DNA of 64,000 bases from Burkholderiales bacterium (GTDB taxonomy: Bacteria; Pseudomonadota; Gammaproteobacteria; Burkholderiales; SG8-39): NCBI GenBank assembly GCA_041617635.1, contig JBFJOO010000001.1, positions 82,375 to 146,374 on the forward strand. Reading direction: 5' to 3'. Shown here piece by piece: positions 21,183-31,307 of the stretch. How positions within the stretch are numbered: the first letter of the stretch is position 1; each line of letters opens with the position of its first letter. Under the pieces are notes generated by a model. The model worked only from the letters and a program-made list of their open reading frames with translations. It made no database searches and had not been told where the DNA came from. The translations under genes were made by a program, and so were the position numbers.

Positions 21183-22798
21183 GCGGTTCGCGCAAGCCGA
21201 TCGACGTGATTTCGGACTACCCGGCGCACAGCGGCACGCTGTGGTCGATGCTCGCGAGCCGGGCTGCGGCCGCGCCGGATCGCGAGTTCGTGGCCTTTGC
21301 GGGCGAATCGTCGACCTATCTCGACGTCGCGCACGATGTGGAGCGCGCAGCGGCGCTCTTTGCGGCGCGCGGCGTGCGCGCCGGCGACCGGATCGGGCTC
21401 ATGTCGCTCAACCACCCGTCCACGATCGTCACGTTCTTCGCGCTCGCGCGGCTCGGCGCGATCATGGTCCCGGTCAATCCAGAGTACGGCGCCGAGGAAG
21501 CCGGCTACGTGCTCGGGCACGCGCAGGTGAGCGGCGTGCTGTGCTCGCCCGCGGCCCTCGAAACAGTGCGCGCCGCCTGCGCGAAGGTCGCGCCCGCGCC
21601 CTGGCTGATGCTGAACGAGCCGGGCGATCCGCGGCAGGTGATCTTCGCGGACGCGCTCGAGGACGCGCCGGGCGAGACCCCGGCAGACGCCGGCGCGCCG
21701 GATTCGATCTGCGTCTTCATCTATACCTCGGGCACGACCGGGTTTCCAAAGGGCGTCACTCACAGCCAGCGCAACGTCCTGCTCGCCGGTGAAGGCTTCG
21801 TCGAGCGCATGCACCTGCAGCCCGAAGACCGGCTGCTTTGCATCCTGCCGATGTTTCACATCAATGCGCTCTTCTACTCGCTGGCCGGGACGCTGGCGGC
21901 AGGCGCCACGATCGTCCTCGTGCCGAAGTTCTCGGCCTCCGCCTTCTGGAGCACGGTCGCCGAGACGCGTGCCACCGAGGTGAACACGATCGCGGCCGTC
22001 TCGAGCATCCTGACGCAACGGCCGCGCACCGAGTTCGTCCCGGGCCACGGTCTGCGCAAGGTCTACGGCGCCCCCTTCACCGCGGAAACCTACCGGATCT
22101 TCCAGGGCGAATTCGGCGTGCCGCACCTCGTCGAGGGTTACGGCATGTCGGAGATTCCGGGCGTCCTCAACAATCCGTTCGACGGGCCTCACAAGATCGG
22201 CAGCATGGGCCGGCCGAGCCGGCATCCGGACCACGGCATGGCTTTCGCGGAGATGAAGGTCATCGACGACGCCGGGCGCGACCTCCCGGACGGCGCGACC
22301 GGCGAGCTCGCCGTGCGAACGCCGATCGTGATGAAGGGCTACTACCGCGATCCCGAGCAGACGGCGGCGGCGTTCCGCGACGGCTGGTTCCTGACCGGCG
22401 ATCTCGGCTACCGCGACGCGGAAGGCTACTTCTGGTTCGTGGCGCGCAAGAAGGACATCATCCGCAAGCGCGGCGAGAACATCTCCGGCGCGGAGCTCGA
22501 CCGGGTGATCGGCGCGCATCCCGACGTGGCGGAAGCCGCCGCAATTCCGGTGCCCGACGCGCTCGGCGAGGACGAGATCCTGGTCGCCGTGGTGCGCAAG
22601 CCCGGGGCGACCGTCACCGCGCGCGCCATCGCGGACTGGTGCAGCGAGCGGCTCGCGGCGATCAAGGTGCCGCGCTACGTCGCGTTCGTGGACGCGCTGC
22701 CGCACACGCCGACGCACCGGGTCGCCAAGTTCAAGCTGCGCGCCGACACGACACTCGGGGATAATGCGATCGACCTGAAGGAGGGGGCTGGCTCATGA
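21179..22798 (+). CDS. AMP-dependent synthetase/ligase (acyl-CoA synthetase family)
   Basis: Internal ATG overlapping the upstream stop (ATGA at 21179-21182). IYTSGTTGFPKGV (AMP-binding P-loop), GYGMSE, TGDLGYRDAEGYFWFVARKKDIIK. Confidence 0.85.
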   Translation: MSGSRKPIDVISDYPAHSGTLWSMLASRAAAAPDREFVAFAGESSTYLDVAHDVERAAALFAARGVRAGDRIGLMSLNHPSTIVTFFALARLGAIMVPVNPEYGAEEAGYVLGHAQVSGVLCSPAALETVRAACAKVAPAPWLMLNEPGDPRQVIFADALEDAPGETPADAGAPDSICVFIYTSGTTGFPKGVTHSQRNVLLAGEGFVERMHLQPEDRLLCILPMFHINALFYSLAGTLAAGATIVLVPKFSASAFWSTVAETRATEVNTIAAVSSILTQRPRTEFVPGHGLRKVYGAPFTAETYRIFQGEFGVPHLVEGYGMSEIPGVLNNPFDGPHKIGSMGRPSRHPDHGMAFAEMKVIDDAGRDLPDGATGELAVRTPIVMKGYYRDPEQTAAAFRDGWFLTGDLGYRDAEGYFWFVARKKDIIRKRGENISGAELDRVIGAHPDVAEAAAIPVPDALGEDEILVAVVRKPGATVTARAIADWCSERLAAIKVPRYVAFVDALPHTPTHRVAKFKLRADTTLGDNAIDLKEGAGS

Positions 22799-23709
22799 CC
22801 ATCAAGATCGAGTGCGTCTTGCAATGCGAAAACCATCTCGGCGAGGGGCCGGTGTGGGACGTCGAGGAGGGCCGTCTCTACTGGGTGGACGGCACCGGCC
22901 GGCGCGTGGGCAAGCCCTCGCTCTGGCGTATGGACCCGAAGTCGGGCAAGGTTGAGAACTGGTCGCTCGATCACGACGTCGGCGCCATGGCGCTGCGCCG
23001 CAACGGCGGCGCCGTGCTCGCGCTGGACGACGGCTTCTACTTCTTCGATTTCGAGAGCGGCAAGCTCGATCTCATCACGCTGGTCGACGCCGAGCAGCCG
23101 CGCAGCCGTCTGAACGACGGCAAGTGCGACCGCCGCGGCCGGTTCTACGCGGGCGGCATGGACGACAAGGAGGAACTCAAGATCTGCGGGCTCTTCCGCC
23201 TCGATCCGGACCTGAAGGTGACCAAGGTGGACGACGGCATCATCTGCTCGAACGGCCCGTGCTGGAGCCCGGACAACAAGACGTTCTATTTCGCGGACAC
23301 CTTCCAGGGCGAGTACTGGGCGTACGACTTCGACATCGAGACCGGGAATCTCTCGAACAAGCGGCTTTTCGCCTCGTTCAAGGAGGACGCCGGCGTCGCG
23401 GACGGCTCGACCATCGACGAGGAAGGGTGCGTCTGGAACGCGCAGGTGATCGGCGGCGAGCTCGTGCGCTATGCGCCCGACGGGAGCGTGGAGCGGCGCA
23501 TCGGCATGCCGGTGAAGAACGTGACCAGCTTGATGTTCGGCGGCGACCGGCTCGACGAGCTCTACTGCACGTCCATGGCGCGGGTGAAGCATCCCGCGGT
23601 GCACGAGCTCTTCCGGCGGGAAGTGAAGCCGCAGTTTCTCGCGGGCAGCCTGTTCCGCATCACCGGGCTGGGTATCCGCGGACTGCCGGAGCCACGGTTC
23701 GCCGGCTGA
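22795..23709 (+). CDS. SMP-30/gluconolactonase/LRE-family protein
   Basis: 304 aa. LGEGPVWDVEEGRLYWVD, NDGKCDRRGRFYAG, NGPCWSPDNKTFYFADT, DGSTIDEEGCVWNA. ATGA overlap with the ligase gene. Confidence 0.8.
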   Translation: MTIKIECVLQCENHLGEGPVWDVEEGRLYWVDGTGRRVGKPSLWRMDPKSGKVENWSLDHDVGAMALRRNGGAVLALDDGFYFFDFESGKLDLITLVDAEQPRSRLNDGKCDRRGRFYAGGMDDKEELKICGLFRLDPDLKVTKVDDGIICSNGPCWSPDNKTFYFADTFQGEYWAYDFDIETGNLSNKRLFASFKEDAGVADGSTIDEEGCVWNAQVIGGELVRYAPDGSVERRIGMPVKNVTSLMFGGDRLDELYCTSMARVKHPAVHELFRREVKPQFLAGSLFRITGLGIRGLPEPRFAG

Positions 23710-23771
23710 CGGGAGGCCCGCGCCTTTCACCGCGGGTCTGCGCGCTGCGGCGGCGGTGGTATCATTTTCCG

Positions 23772-23999
23772 ATGGCATCGCAACCCGCCCTGCGCACGAT
23801 CCAGCTGTCGGTCAACGGTGAGCCGCGGCGCTTCGAGGACGCACTCGACGTGGCGCGGCTGCTCGAACGGCTCGATCTCAGCGGCAAGAAGGTCGCCGTG
23901 GAGATGAACGGCGAGATCGTGCCGCGCAGCCGGTATGCGCAGACGCCGCTCGCGGACGGCGATTCGCTTGAAATCGTCGTCGCGGTGGGCGGCGGATAA
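23772..23999 (+). CDS. thiS: Sulfur carrier protein ThiS
   Basis: 75 aa ending in GG ([12 protein letters not shown]...[14 protein letters not shown]), immediately upstream of thiG. Confidence 0.85.
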   Translation: MASQPALRTIQLSVNGEPRRFEDALDVARLLERLDLSGKKVAVEMNGEIVPRSRYAQTPLADGDSLEIVVAVGGG

Positions 24000-24013
24000 C
24001 TGGATATTCCGAC

Positions 24014-24829
24014 ATGAACGCACCCGAATCCCGCACCGGCGCCGACCCGTTCGTGATGGCCGGCAAGGCGTATTCGTCGCGCCTGCTGATCGGCACCGGC
24101 AAGTACCAGGACTTCGACGAGACCCGCCGCGCCGTTGAGGCGAGCGGCGCCGAGATCGTGACCGTCGCGATCCGCCGCACCAACATCGGCCAGAACAAGG
24201 GCGAGCCCTCCCTGCTCGAATCGCTGCCGCCCTCGAAGTACACCTATCTGCCCAACACCGCCGGCTGCTACAACGCCGACGACGCCGTGCGCACCTTGCG
24301 GCTCGCCCGCGAGCTCCTCGACGGGCACGACCTCGTGAAGCTCGAAGTGCTCGGTGACCCGGAGACGCTGTTCCCCAACGTCATGGAGACGCTGCGCGCC
24401 GCGGAAACGCTGGTGAAGGACGGCTTCAAGGTCATGGTGTACACGAGCGACGACCCGATCGTCGCGAAACGGCTCGAGGAGATCGGCTGCGTGGCGGTGA
24501 TGCCGCTCGCATCGCTCATCGGATCGGGCATGGGTATTCTGAACCCGTGGAACCTCGCGCTCATCCTCGAGCAGGCGAAGGTTCCGGTGATCGTCGATGC
24601 CGGCGTGGGCACCGCTTCAGACGCAGCGATCGCGATGGAGCTCGGCTGCGATGCGGTGCTGATGAACACCGCGGTTGCCAAAGCGCGGAACCCGGTGCTC
24701 ATGGCCCAGGCCATGCGCAAGGCGGTCGAGGCGGGGCGCGAGGCGTTTCTCGCCGGGCGCATGCCGAAGAAGCTCTACTCGGCGACGTCCAGCTCGCCGA
24801 CGACCGGCCTCATTGCCCCGAAGTCCTGA
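24014..24829 (+). CDS. thiG: Thiazole synthase
   Basis: 271 aa: [41 protein letters not shown]. Confidence 0.95.
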   Translation: MNAPESRTGADPFVMAGKAYSSRLLIGTGKYQDFDETRRAVEASGAEIVTVAIRRTNIGQNKGEPSLLESLPPSKYTYLPNTAGCYNADDAVRTLRLARELLDGHDLVKLEVLGDPETLFPNVMETLRAAETLVKDGFKVMVYTSDDPIVAKRLEEIGCVAVMPLASLIGSGMGILNPWNLALILEQAKVPVIVDAGVGTASDAAIAMELGCDAVLMNTAVAKARNPVLMAQAMRKAVEAGREAFLAGRMPKKLYSATSSSPTTGLIAPKS

Positions 24830-25490
24830 GCGAACCATCCGCAGCTACGTGCTGCGCCAGGGCCGCACCACGCCGGCGCAGGCCCGTGCGATCGCCGAGC
24901 TGACCCCCCGGTTCGGCATCCCGTTCGCCCGCGAGCGGCTCGATCTCGATCGCGCGTTCGGCCGGTCGGCGCCGAATGTGCTCGAGATCGGCTTCGGCAT
25001 GGGCGAGACCACCGCGTCGATCGCGCAGGCGCACCCCGACATCGACTATCTCGGCGTGGAGGTGCACACACCGGGAGTGGGCGCGCTGCTGCGGCGCGTG
25101 GCGGCGCTCGGCCTCACGAACGTGCGCATCATCCAGCACGATGCAACCGAAGTGGTCGAGCACATGATCGGCGACCGCGCGCTGGCCGGCGTGCACATCT
25201 TCTTCCCCGATCCGTGGCCCAAGAAGCGGCATCACAAGCGCCGCCTCATCCAACCCGACTTCGTCGAGATGCTGGCGCGCAGGCTGACGACCGGGGCCAT
25301 CTTGCACGTCGCGACCGACTGGGAAGACTACGCGCAGCATGTCCTCGCCGCCCTCTCGGCCGAGCCGCTGCTCGAGAACACCGCGCCGGATTACGCTCCG
25401 CGCCCGCTCGCGCGCCCGCTCACGAAATTCGAGGGGCGCGGGCTGAAGCTGGGTCACCGCGTCTGGGACATCGTCTTTCGGCGCTGGTGA
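24813..25490 (+). CDS. trmB: tRNA (guanine-N7)-methyltransferase
   Basis: Distal part of ORF 24675..25490: [36 protein letters not shown]. There is no ATG near the conserved N-terminus, so TTG at 24813 is my guess and the start is uncertain. Confidence 0.8.
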   Translation: MPRSPERTIRSYVLRQGRTTPAQARAIAELTPRFGIPFARERLDLDRAFGRSAPNVLEIGFGMGETTASIAQAHPDIDYLGVEVHTPGVGALLRRVAALGLTNVRIIQHDATEVVEHMIGDRALAGVHIFFPDPWPKKRHHKRRLIQPDFVEMLARRLTTGAILHVATDWEDYAQHVLAALSAEPLLENTAPDYAPRPLARPLTKFEGRGLKLGHRVWDIVFRRW

Positions 25491-25634
25491 CCTGATCGCC
25501 GACGCGGGTCCGCGCGGACGCGCGCCCCAATCCCGGGCATAATTCGTCTCTCGTCCCCGCGACGGCGCCCCCACTTCACACAACGCGCCGACCGGGTCCG
25601 GGACCCGCACCATCCAATCGAACTCGGAGGAAAG

Positions 25635-26645
25635 ATGACATTCATTCGCATTTTGCAGGGCGTTCTGCTGACGGCCGCGCTGACGGTCGCCACGGGCGCG
25701 AACGCGCAGGAGGCCCGATCCTATGTCCTATCGACCGCCACCACCGGCGGAACGTATTACCCGGTAGGCGTTGCCGTCGCGACCCTCATCAAGGTCAAGC
25801 TGCAGCCGACGCTCAAGCTCGACATGAGTGCGATCAGCTCGGCCGGATCGGGGGAGAACGTGAAGCTCATGCGCGAGAAGCAGGCGCAGTTCGCGATTCT
25901 GCAGGGGCTTTTCGGCATGTACGCCAAGCAGGGAACCGGAGCGCTCAAGGCCGACGGCCCGCAGGGCAATATCCGCTCGATCACGATGCTCTGGCCGAAC
26001 GTCGAGCATTTCATGGTCTCCGCGGACGCCGCCAAGACGGGTACCGTGGACGATCTGAGGGGCCTGACGGGCAAGAAGTTCTCGATCGGGGCGCGCAACT
26101 CGGGCACCGAGCATTCGAACCGGTTCCTGCTGGGCAACCTCGGGATCGATCCGGAGAAGATGGATCTCGTGTACCAGGGCTACGGTCCGAGCATCGATGC
26201 CATGCAGAACGGGACGATCCTGGGCACGAACCCGACTGGCGGCCCGCCCGTCTCGGTCGTGACGCGCGCTTTCGCGCAGATGGGCGACAAGGTCAGGTTG
26301 CTCGAGTTCACGCCCGAGCAGGCCGCCAAGGCGGACGGCGGCAACGACCTCTTCTACCCGTACGTGCTGCCCGCCAACACCTATCCGGGGCAGACCAAGG
26401 AATTCAGGACCGTCGCGCAGCCGAACTTCCTTGCGGTCAACGCCGACGTGCCCGCCGAGGACGTGTACCTCGTCACGAAGACGATCTATGAGAATCTGCC
26501 GTTCCTGAACAACATCCATGCAGCGACGAAAGAGATGTCGCTCAAGTCCGCGATCAGCGGGCTGCCGCTGCCGTTGCATCCGGGCGCGGCCAAGTACTAC
26601 AAGGAAGTCGGGATCACCATCCCCGATCGCCTGATGGCGAAGTGA
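25635..26645 (+). CDS. TAXI-family TRAP transporter solute-binding protein
   Basis: 336 aa. Signal peptide, TTGGTYYPVG, SSAGSGENVKLM, and a C-terminal LPLHPGAAKYYKE typical of TAXI receptors. RBS ggagga upstream. Confidence 0.85.
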   Translation: MTFIRILQGVLLTAALTVATGANAQEARSYVLSTATTGGTYYPVGVAVATLIKVKLQPTLKLDMSAISSAGSGENVKLMREKQAQFAILQGLFGMYAKQGTGALKADGPQGNIRSITMLWPNVEHFMVSADAAKTGTVDDLRGLTGKKFSIGARNSGTEHSNRFLLGNLGIDPEKMDLVYQGYGPSIDAMQNGTILGTNPTGGPPVSVVTRAFAQMGDKVRLLEFTPEQAAKADGGNDLFYPYVLPANTYPGQTKEFRTVAQPNFLAVNADVPAEDVYLVTKTIYENLPFLNNIHAATKEMSLKSAISGLPLPLHPGAAKYYKEVGITIPDRLMAK

Positions 26646-26706
26646 CCGTGGCGTGGCGGCGGCCTGCCGCCGCCACGCATCTCGTACATTTTTTAGGGCA
26701 AGGCGA

Positions 26707-28878
26707 ATGAGCGCCGAGGGCACCGCGCGACCTGACGCGGCGACGCCCGAGCCGGCTGTCCCGCGCGACCCGGAGGACCCGTCCGGCGGGCGGAGCGCAG
26801 CGAGCCTGCCGGGTCGGGCGGCATTCTGGCTCGGCGTCGGGCTCGCGCTCCTGCACATCTACTTCAACACGCTCGGAACGATGTCCGAACTGCGCGTGTC
26901 GGCCGTGCACTTCGGCGGTTTCGGCTTGATGTGCGCCCTGCTCTACCCGGCATGGCATGCGAAGACCCGCGCCGGCCAGCGCCTGGCGCTCGGCCTCGAT
27001 CTCGCGATCGGCGCCGCGGCGCTCTCCTGCGTCGCCTATCTCTTTCTCGGCGAGGAGAGCTTTGCGGATCGCAACGCGAGCTTCCTCTGGTACGAATGGA
27101 TCTTCACCGGCATCGCGGTCGTGCTCGCCATCGAGTTCACCCGCCGCACGACCGGCTGGATCATCCCGGGCATCATTCTCACGGCGTTCACGTACGTCGT
27201 CTGGTGGGGCCAGTACGTGCCGGGAATGCTCACCTTCCCGGGCTTGTCGCTCGAGATCACGCTCTATCGAAGCTTCTACAGCGACGACGGCATGCTCGGC
27301 ATGATCGCGACCATCTCCGCGACCTTCGTGGTCATGTTCATTCTGTTCGGCGCGTTTCTCACGCGTTCCGGTGCGGGTGACTTCATCGTCGATTTCGCGC
27401 GCGCCGTCGCCGGCCGGATGATCGGCGGACCGGGGTTCGTCGCGGTCATCGGCTCGGCGCTCATGGGCACCATCTCCGGCTCGTCGGTCGCCAACACGGT
27501 TTCGACCGGCGTGATCACCATCCCGCTGATGAAGCGCGCGGGCTTTCCCGCGCGCTTCGCGGCCGGCGTTGAAGCCGCGGCATCGACCGGCGGCCAGCTC
27601 ATGCCACCCATCATGGGCGCCGGCGCCTTCGTGATGGCGAGCTACACCCAGATCTCCTATCTCACGATCGCCGCCGTGTCCGTGCTGCCCGCGATCCTCT
27701 ACTTCGTCTCGGTCGCCTGCTACGTGCGCATCCAGGCGAAGCGGCTCGGCCTCACCACCACGACGGACGAGGACACGCCCACCATCGGCCAGGTCATGAA
27801 GCGCGGGGGACTCCTCTTCTTCCTGCCGATCAGCGTGCTGGTCGGATTGCTGATCTACGGCTTCACCCCGACCTATTGCGCGGGCGCGGCGATCGTGGCG
27901 GTGGTCGTCGCGTCCTGGGTGGCGCCGGGTCGGCGCGGCATGGGGCCACGCGAGGTTATCGAAGCCCTTGCCCTCGGTGCGCGAAACATGGTGGTCACGG
28001 CGACGCTGCTCATCGCGATCGGCCTCGTGGTGCTCACGGTCGCGACGACCGGGCTGGGCAATACCTTCTCCCTGATGATCAGCCAGTGGGCGGACGGCAG
28101 CCTGATGATCGCCCTCGTGCTCATCGCCCTCGCCTCGCTCGTGCTCGGCATGGGATTGCCGGTGACGGCCTCCTACATCGTGCTCGCGACCCTGTCGGCG
28201 CCGGCGCTTGCCGGAATGATCACGCAGCAGGAGCTCGTGAACGCGTTCATGGCGGGCAACGTCCCGGATTCGGCCAAGGCCGTGCTGATGCTCGTCGCGC
28301 CCGACAAGGTGGCCGCGATCGGCCAGCCGATGTCGTTCGACACCGCCTCCGCGCTGACAGCCGCGATTCCGCAGGAAATGCGCTCGATGGTCGTCGAGCA
28401 GACGCTGAGCGCGGCGCAGCTCACGGGCGCGCTCCTCGCCGCGCACATGATCATCTTCTGGCTCTCGCAGGATTCGAGCGTGACGCCCCCCGTCTGCCTC
28501 ACCGCATTCGCGGCAGCGGCCATTGCGAGATCTCCGCCGATGGCGACCGGATTCACGTCGTGGCGGCTCGCGAAGGGTCTGTACATCGTGCCCCTGCTAT
28601 TCGCCTACACGCCGTTCCTCAACGCCGATCTCTGGACCGACTTCCAGATCGCTTTCTTCGCCGCGTTCGGCATCTACGCGCTCGCCGCAGCCTCCGAGCT
28701 CTGGATGGAAGCGCGCCTGCCGATCCCGGTCGCGGTCCTGCTCGCGGGAACGGGCGTGGCGCTGCTTTGGCCGACTTCGATGTTGATCAACTTCGCAGGA
28801 CTCGCGATCTTCCTCGCGATCTTCGCCCACAACCTCTGGCAGGATCGCCGCACGAAACGGATCGCCGTCCAAGTATAG
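26707..28878 (+). CDS. TRAP transporter fused 4TM/12TM permease (TAXI-associated)
   Basis: About 720 aa, polytopic throughout. Directly follows the TAXI receptor. Start chosen at MSAEGTARP. Confidence 0.85.
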   Translation: MSAEGTARPDAATPEPAVPRDPEDPSGGRSAASLPGRAAFWLGVGLALLHIYFNTLGTMSELRVSAVHFGGFGLMCALLYPAWHAKTRAGQRLALGLDLAIGAAALSCVAYLFLGEESFADRNASFLWYEWIFTGIAVVLAIEFTRRTTGWIIPGIILTAFTYVVWWGQYVPGMLTFPGLSLEITLYRSFYSDDGMLGMIATISATFVVMFILFGAFLTRSGAGDFIVDFARAVAGRMIGGPGFVAVIGSALMGTISGSSVANTVSTGVITIPLMKRAGFPARFAAGVEAAASTGGQLMPPIMGAGAFVMASYTQISYLTIAAVSVLPAILYFVSVACYVRIQAKRLGLTTTTDEDTPTIGQVMKRGGLLFFLPISVLVGLLIYGFTPTYCAGAAIVAVVVASWVAPGRRGMGPREVIEALALGARNMVVTATLLIAIGLVVLTVATTGLGNTFSLMISQWADGSLMIALVLIALASLVLGMGLPVTASYIVLATLSAPALAGMITQQELVNAFMAGNVPDSAKAVLMLVAPDKVAAIGQPMSFDTASALTAAIPQEMRSMVVEQTLSAAQLTGALLAAHMIIFWLSQDSSVTPPVCLTAFAAAAIARSPPMATGFTSWRLAKGLYIVPLLFAYTPFLNADLWTDFQIAFFAAFGIYALAAASELWMEARLPIPVAVLLAGTGVALLWPTSMLINFAGLAIFLAIFAHNLWQDRRTKRIAVQV

Positions 28879-28982
28879 GAAGAACGTCGTGCTTCGGTTG
28901 CGGGGGGGCGAGCCAGCCCTAGGCGCCGGCCGGGCATGGCCGCTGACCCGCCGAAGCTAAACGCTCGGCGCTCGGCGCTCGA

Positions 28983-30161
28983 TCAGGCGGGCAAGGATTG
29001 ATCGGTCGCGGCGCGATAGTGAAGATTCGCGTCCGACTCACGACCGATGCGGTCGAAGAGCCGCGCGAGCGCGAGATGGGTCGCGCGTGAGGAGGTCTGC
29101 GAGAGACTCGCCTCGAGATAGCTCTGGGCCTTGCCCCACAGCTCCTGGTGCAGGCACAGTTTCCCCAGCGCGAGCAGGAGAGAGGCGTCGTGCGGCCGGT
29201 CTTTCAGCCAGCGCTCGGCCTGCTCGATGCGCTCGAGCGTGTTCTCGTCCTGGCAGTCGGCAAACAGCACCACGAGCTCGGGAGCCCACTCCCGGTTCAG
29301 CACGTCCGTGAGCGCGCGATGCGCCTGCTTGCACCCGCCGAGCGAGAGAAACTGCCGCGCGGCGGTCGCAGCCACGCGCGGCTCTCTGCGCTCGGCCGCG
29401 GGGAGGTTGCTCCAGAAGGCCTGCAGCGTTTCCAGATCCACCGCCTTCCGCTTGAGGGTTTCGACGGTGGCGGTGATGCGGAGCGTCTCCGCGGTCTCGG
29501 GCGATAGCGCGTCGCGCTTCGCGAGCAGGCGCACGATGCGCAGCACCTCTTCCCAGTGCTGCAACCCCTGCTCGGCCCGCATGAGCAGTCGCATCGTGGC
29601 GACCTGCTTGGGGCCCTTGGCATCGAGCTCGCGCAGGACGTCGCGCGCCTCTTCGAAGCGGCGCTCGTCGAGGAGCAGCTCCGCGCGCGTGGCAAGCCGC
29701 GCCTCGAGCGAATCGCCCGGCGCGCCGGTTGCCCGCTCGAGCCAGCGTTCGCGCTCTTCGCCATCGCGCATCTGATGGGCGGCGCGCGCCGCGGTAAGCG
29801 CGGCGAGGGCCGGCGCCTCGTCGAGATCGTACGCGCGCCGAGCGAGCTTCTTCGATTTCGCATAGCGCCCTTCGAGCAGCGTCTGCATCGCGCCGCGCAA
29901 TGCCTCCCGACCGCGCTTCTGCCGCCAGCGCTTACGCAGCTGAGAGACCTGCGCAGGCATGCGCAGCGTGTGGGATACCACGCGCAGCAATCCATGCAGG
30001 ACGAGAAAGGCGAGAATGACTCCCGCGATGGCCAGCGTGAACGAGATCTCGACCCGGTAGGGCGGCGTCACGACCACGACGTAGCCGGCGTCGTGGCGCA
30101 GGAACATTGCGGCAGCCACGGCGAGCGCCGCGATGATGATGAACCAGAGAAGCAGCCGCAT
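28983..30161 (-). CDS. hemY: HemY-family heme biosynthesis-associated TPR membrane protein
   Basis: 392 aa. The N-terminus MRLLLWFIIIAALAVAAAMFL...VVVTPPYRVEISF is typical of HemY_N. Located after hemC-hemD-hemX. Confidence 0.8.
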   Translation of the reverse strand: MRLLLWFIIIAALAVAAAMFLRHDAGYVVVVTPPYRVEISFTLAIAGVILAFLVLHGLLRVVSHTLRMPAQVSQLRKRWRQKRGREALRGAMQTLLEGRYAKSKKLARRAYDLDEAPALAALTAARAAHQMRDGEERERWLERATGAPGDSLEARLATRAELLLDERRFEEARDVLRELDAKGPKQVATMRLLMRAEQGLQHWEEVLRIVRLLAKRDALSPETAETLRITATVETLKRKAVDLETLQAFWSNLPAAERREPRVAATAARQFLSLGGCKQAHRALTDVLNREWAPELVVLFADCQDENTLERIEQAERWLKDRPHDASLLLALGKLCLHQELWGKAQSYLEASLSQTSSRATHLALARLFDRIGRESDANLHYRAATDQSLPA

Positions 30162-30169
30162 CGGATGTC

Positions 30170-31297
30170 TTAGCTACTCTCACGCGGTTGGCGGAGCCGG
30201 CGTGCCATGTTGAGGCTCTCGGTGAGGCTCGGCAGCTCGACTTGCAGGGCGGCGCCGTCGAGCTGCGTCAGCGTCTCGGCGGCACCGGTCACCGACTTGA
30301 CGCGGGGATCGAAGTACCGGTCGATCCACTCGCGCGCCTGCTTGATGTCGCTCCGAAACAGCGCTTCGTTGCGCTGGAGCAGCGCGACCCGCGCATGCAG
30401 CAGTCGAAGCTTCAGATTCTCCCGCAGGAAATACGCCTGCTCGGGCGCCAGCAGCCGCGGATCGTTGACGTCGACCCGTTGGATCCGCACCAGACCCTTG
30501 ACCTCGCCCCAGGCCGATGCGGCGAGCCGCTCCCACCAGCGGCCGGAGAGGGCGGCGGGCGACGGCTCGGGAACAGTTTTCTTCTCCTCGCTGCGCAACG
30601 GCAGCGCATCGACCGATTCGATCACGTCATCCAGGCGCAGCGTGAGCCCGGCGACGTCCAGATTCGGCGCGGCCTTGAGCCGCTCGATGTCGCGCTGGAT
30701 CAGCTTGCGAAGCGCGCCGAGCTCGACCCGGTCGGCGCGTGCGAGCCGCGCATCGATCTCCTGCAACGCGGCCAGCGCGCTCGAGACGTTGCCTGCGAGG
30801 TGCAGCTGCTGGGCGGCGATCTGCAGGGTCTGCTCGACCTCGGAGAGCGTCCATTCGTCCCGGCCCCGCGAGAGCTCCTGGTACAAGGCCTCCAGCGCGA
30901 CCTCCCGGCTGCGACTCTCGTTCTGCTTGGCTTCGATTGCGCCGATCTTCCCCGCCAGCTCGCGCGAGGACTCGCGCAGTTCCCGCGTCGCCTCCAGCGA
31001 TCGGCGCGCGTCGGTGCTCGACTCGCTCGCCCGCGCGGCCGCGTCGTCGCGGAGCTGGCTGAGCCGGACGCGCGTGTCATACCACTCGAAGGCGAGCAGG
31101 CCGAAAATGGCCAGCACCGCGAGCCACAGCAACGCGGTGCCCGCCCGACGCGGCGCGGGCGCGGGCGCAGGCGCGGCCTTCGGCGCGACGCTTTCCGGCT
31201 TGGCAGCCGATTCCTCCGGCTGCGCCTCAGCTTGGCCTTCGGTAGGGCTCGCTTGCGGCGCAGGTTCGTTCGGGTCGGGTTTCGTAGGTTCGGTCAT
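30170..31297 (-). CDS. hemX: HemX-like membrane protein (often annotated uroporphyrinogen-III C-methyltransferase)
   Basis: Internal ATG MTEPTKPD. Pro/Ala/Glu-rich N-terminus, one TM helix (ALLWLAVLAIFGLLAF), then a coiled coil. Located between hemD and hemY. Confidence 0.7.
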   Translation of the reverse strand: MTEPTKPDPNEPAPQASPTEGQAEAQPEESAAKPESVAPKAAPAPAPAPRRAGTALLWLAVLAIFGLLAFEWYDTRVRLSQLRDDAAARASESSTDARRSLEATRELRESSRELAGKIGAIEAKQNESRSREVALEALYQELSRGRDEWTLSEVEQTLQIAAQQLHLAGNVSSALAALQEIDARLARADRVELGALRKLIQRDIERLKAAPNLDVAGLTLRLDDVIESVDALPLRSEEKKTVPEPSPAALSGRWWERLAASAWGEVKGLVRIQRVDVNDPRLLAPEQAYFLRENLKLRLLHARVALLQRNEALFRSDIKQAREWIDRYFDPRVKSVTGAAETLTQLDGAALQVELPSLTESLNMARRLRQPRESS

Positions 31298-31307
31298 ATC
31301 GTTTTGA

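Noticed and set aside
23710-23771. Possible TPP riboswitch upstream of thiS-thiG
   Set aside because: Only 62 nt are available, and I could not find the conserved CUGAGA or ACCUGAUCUGGAUAAUGCCAGCG-type elements.
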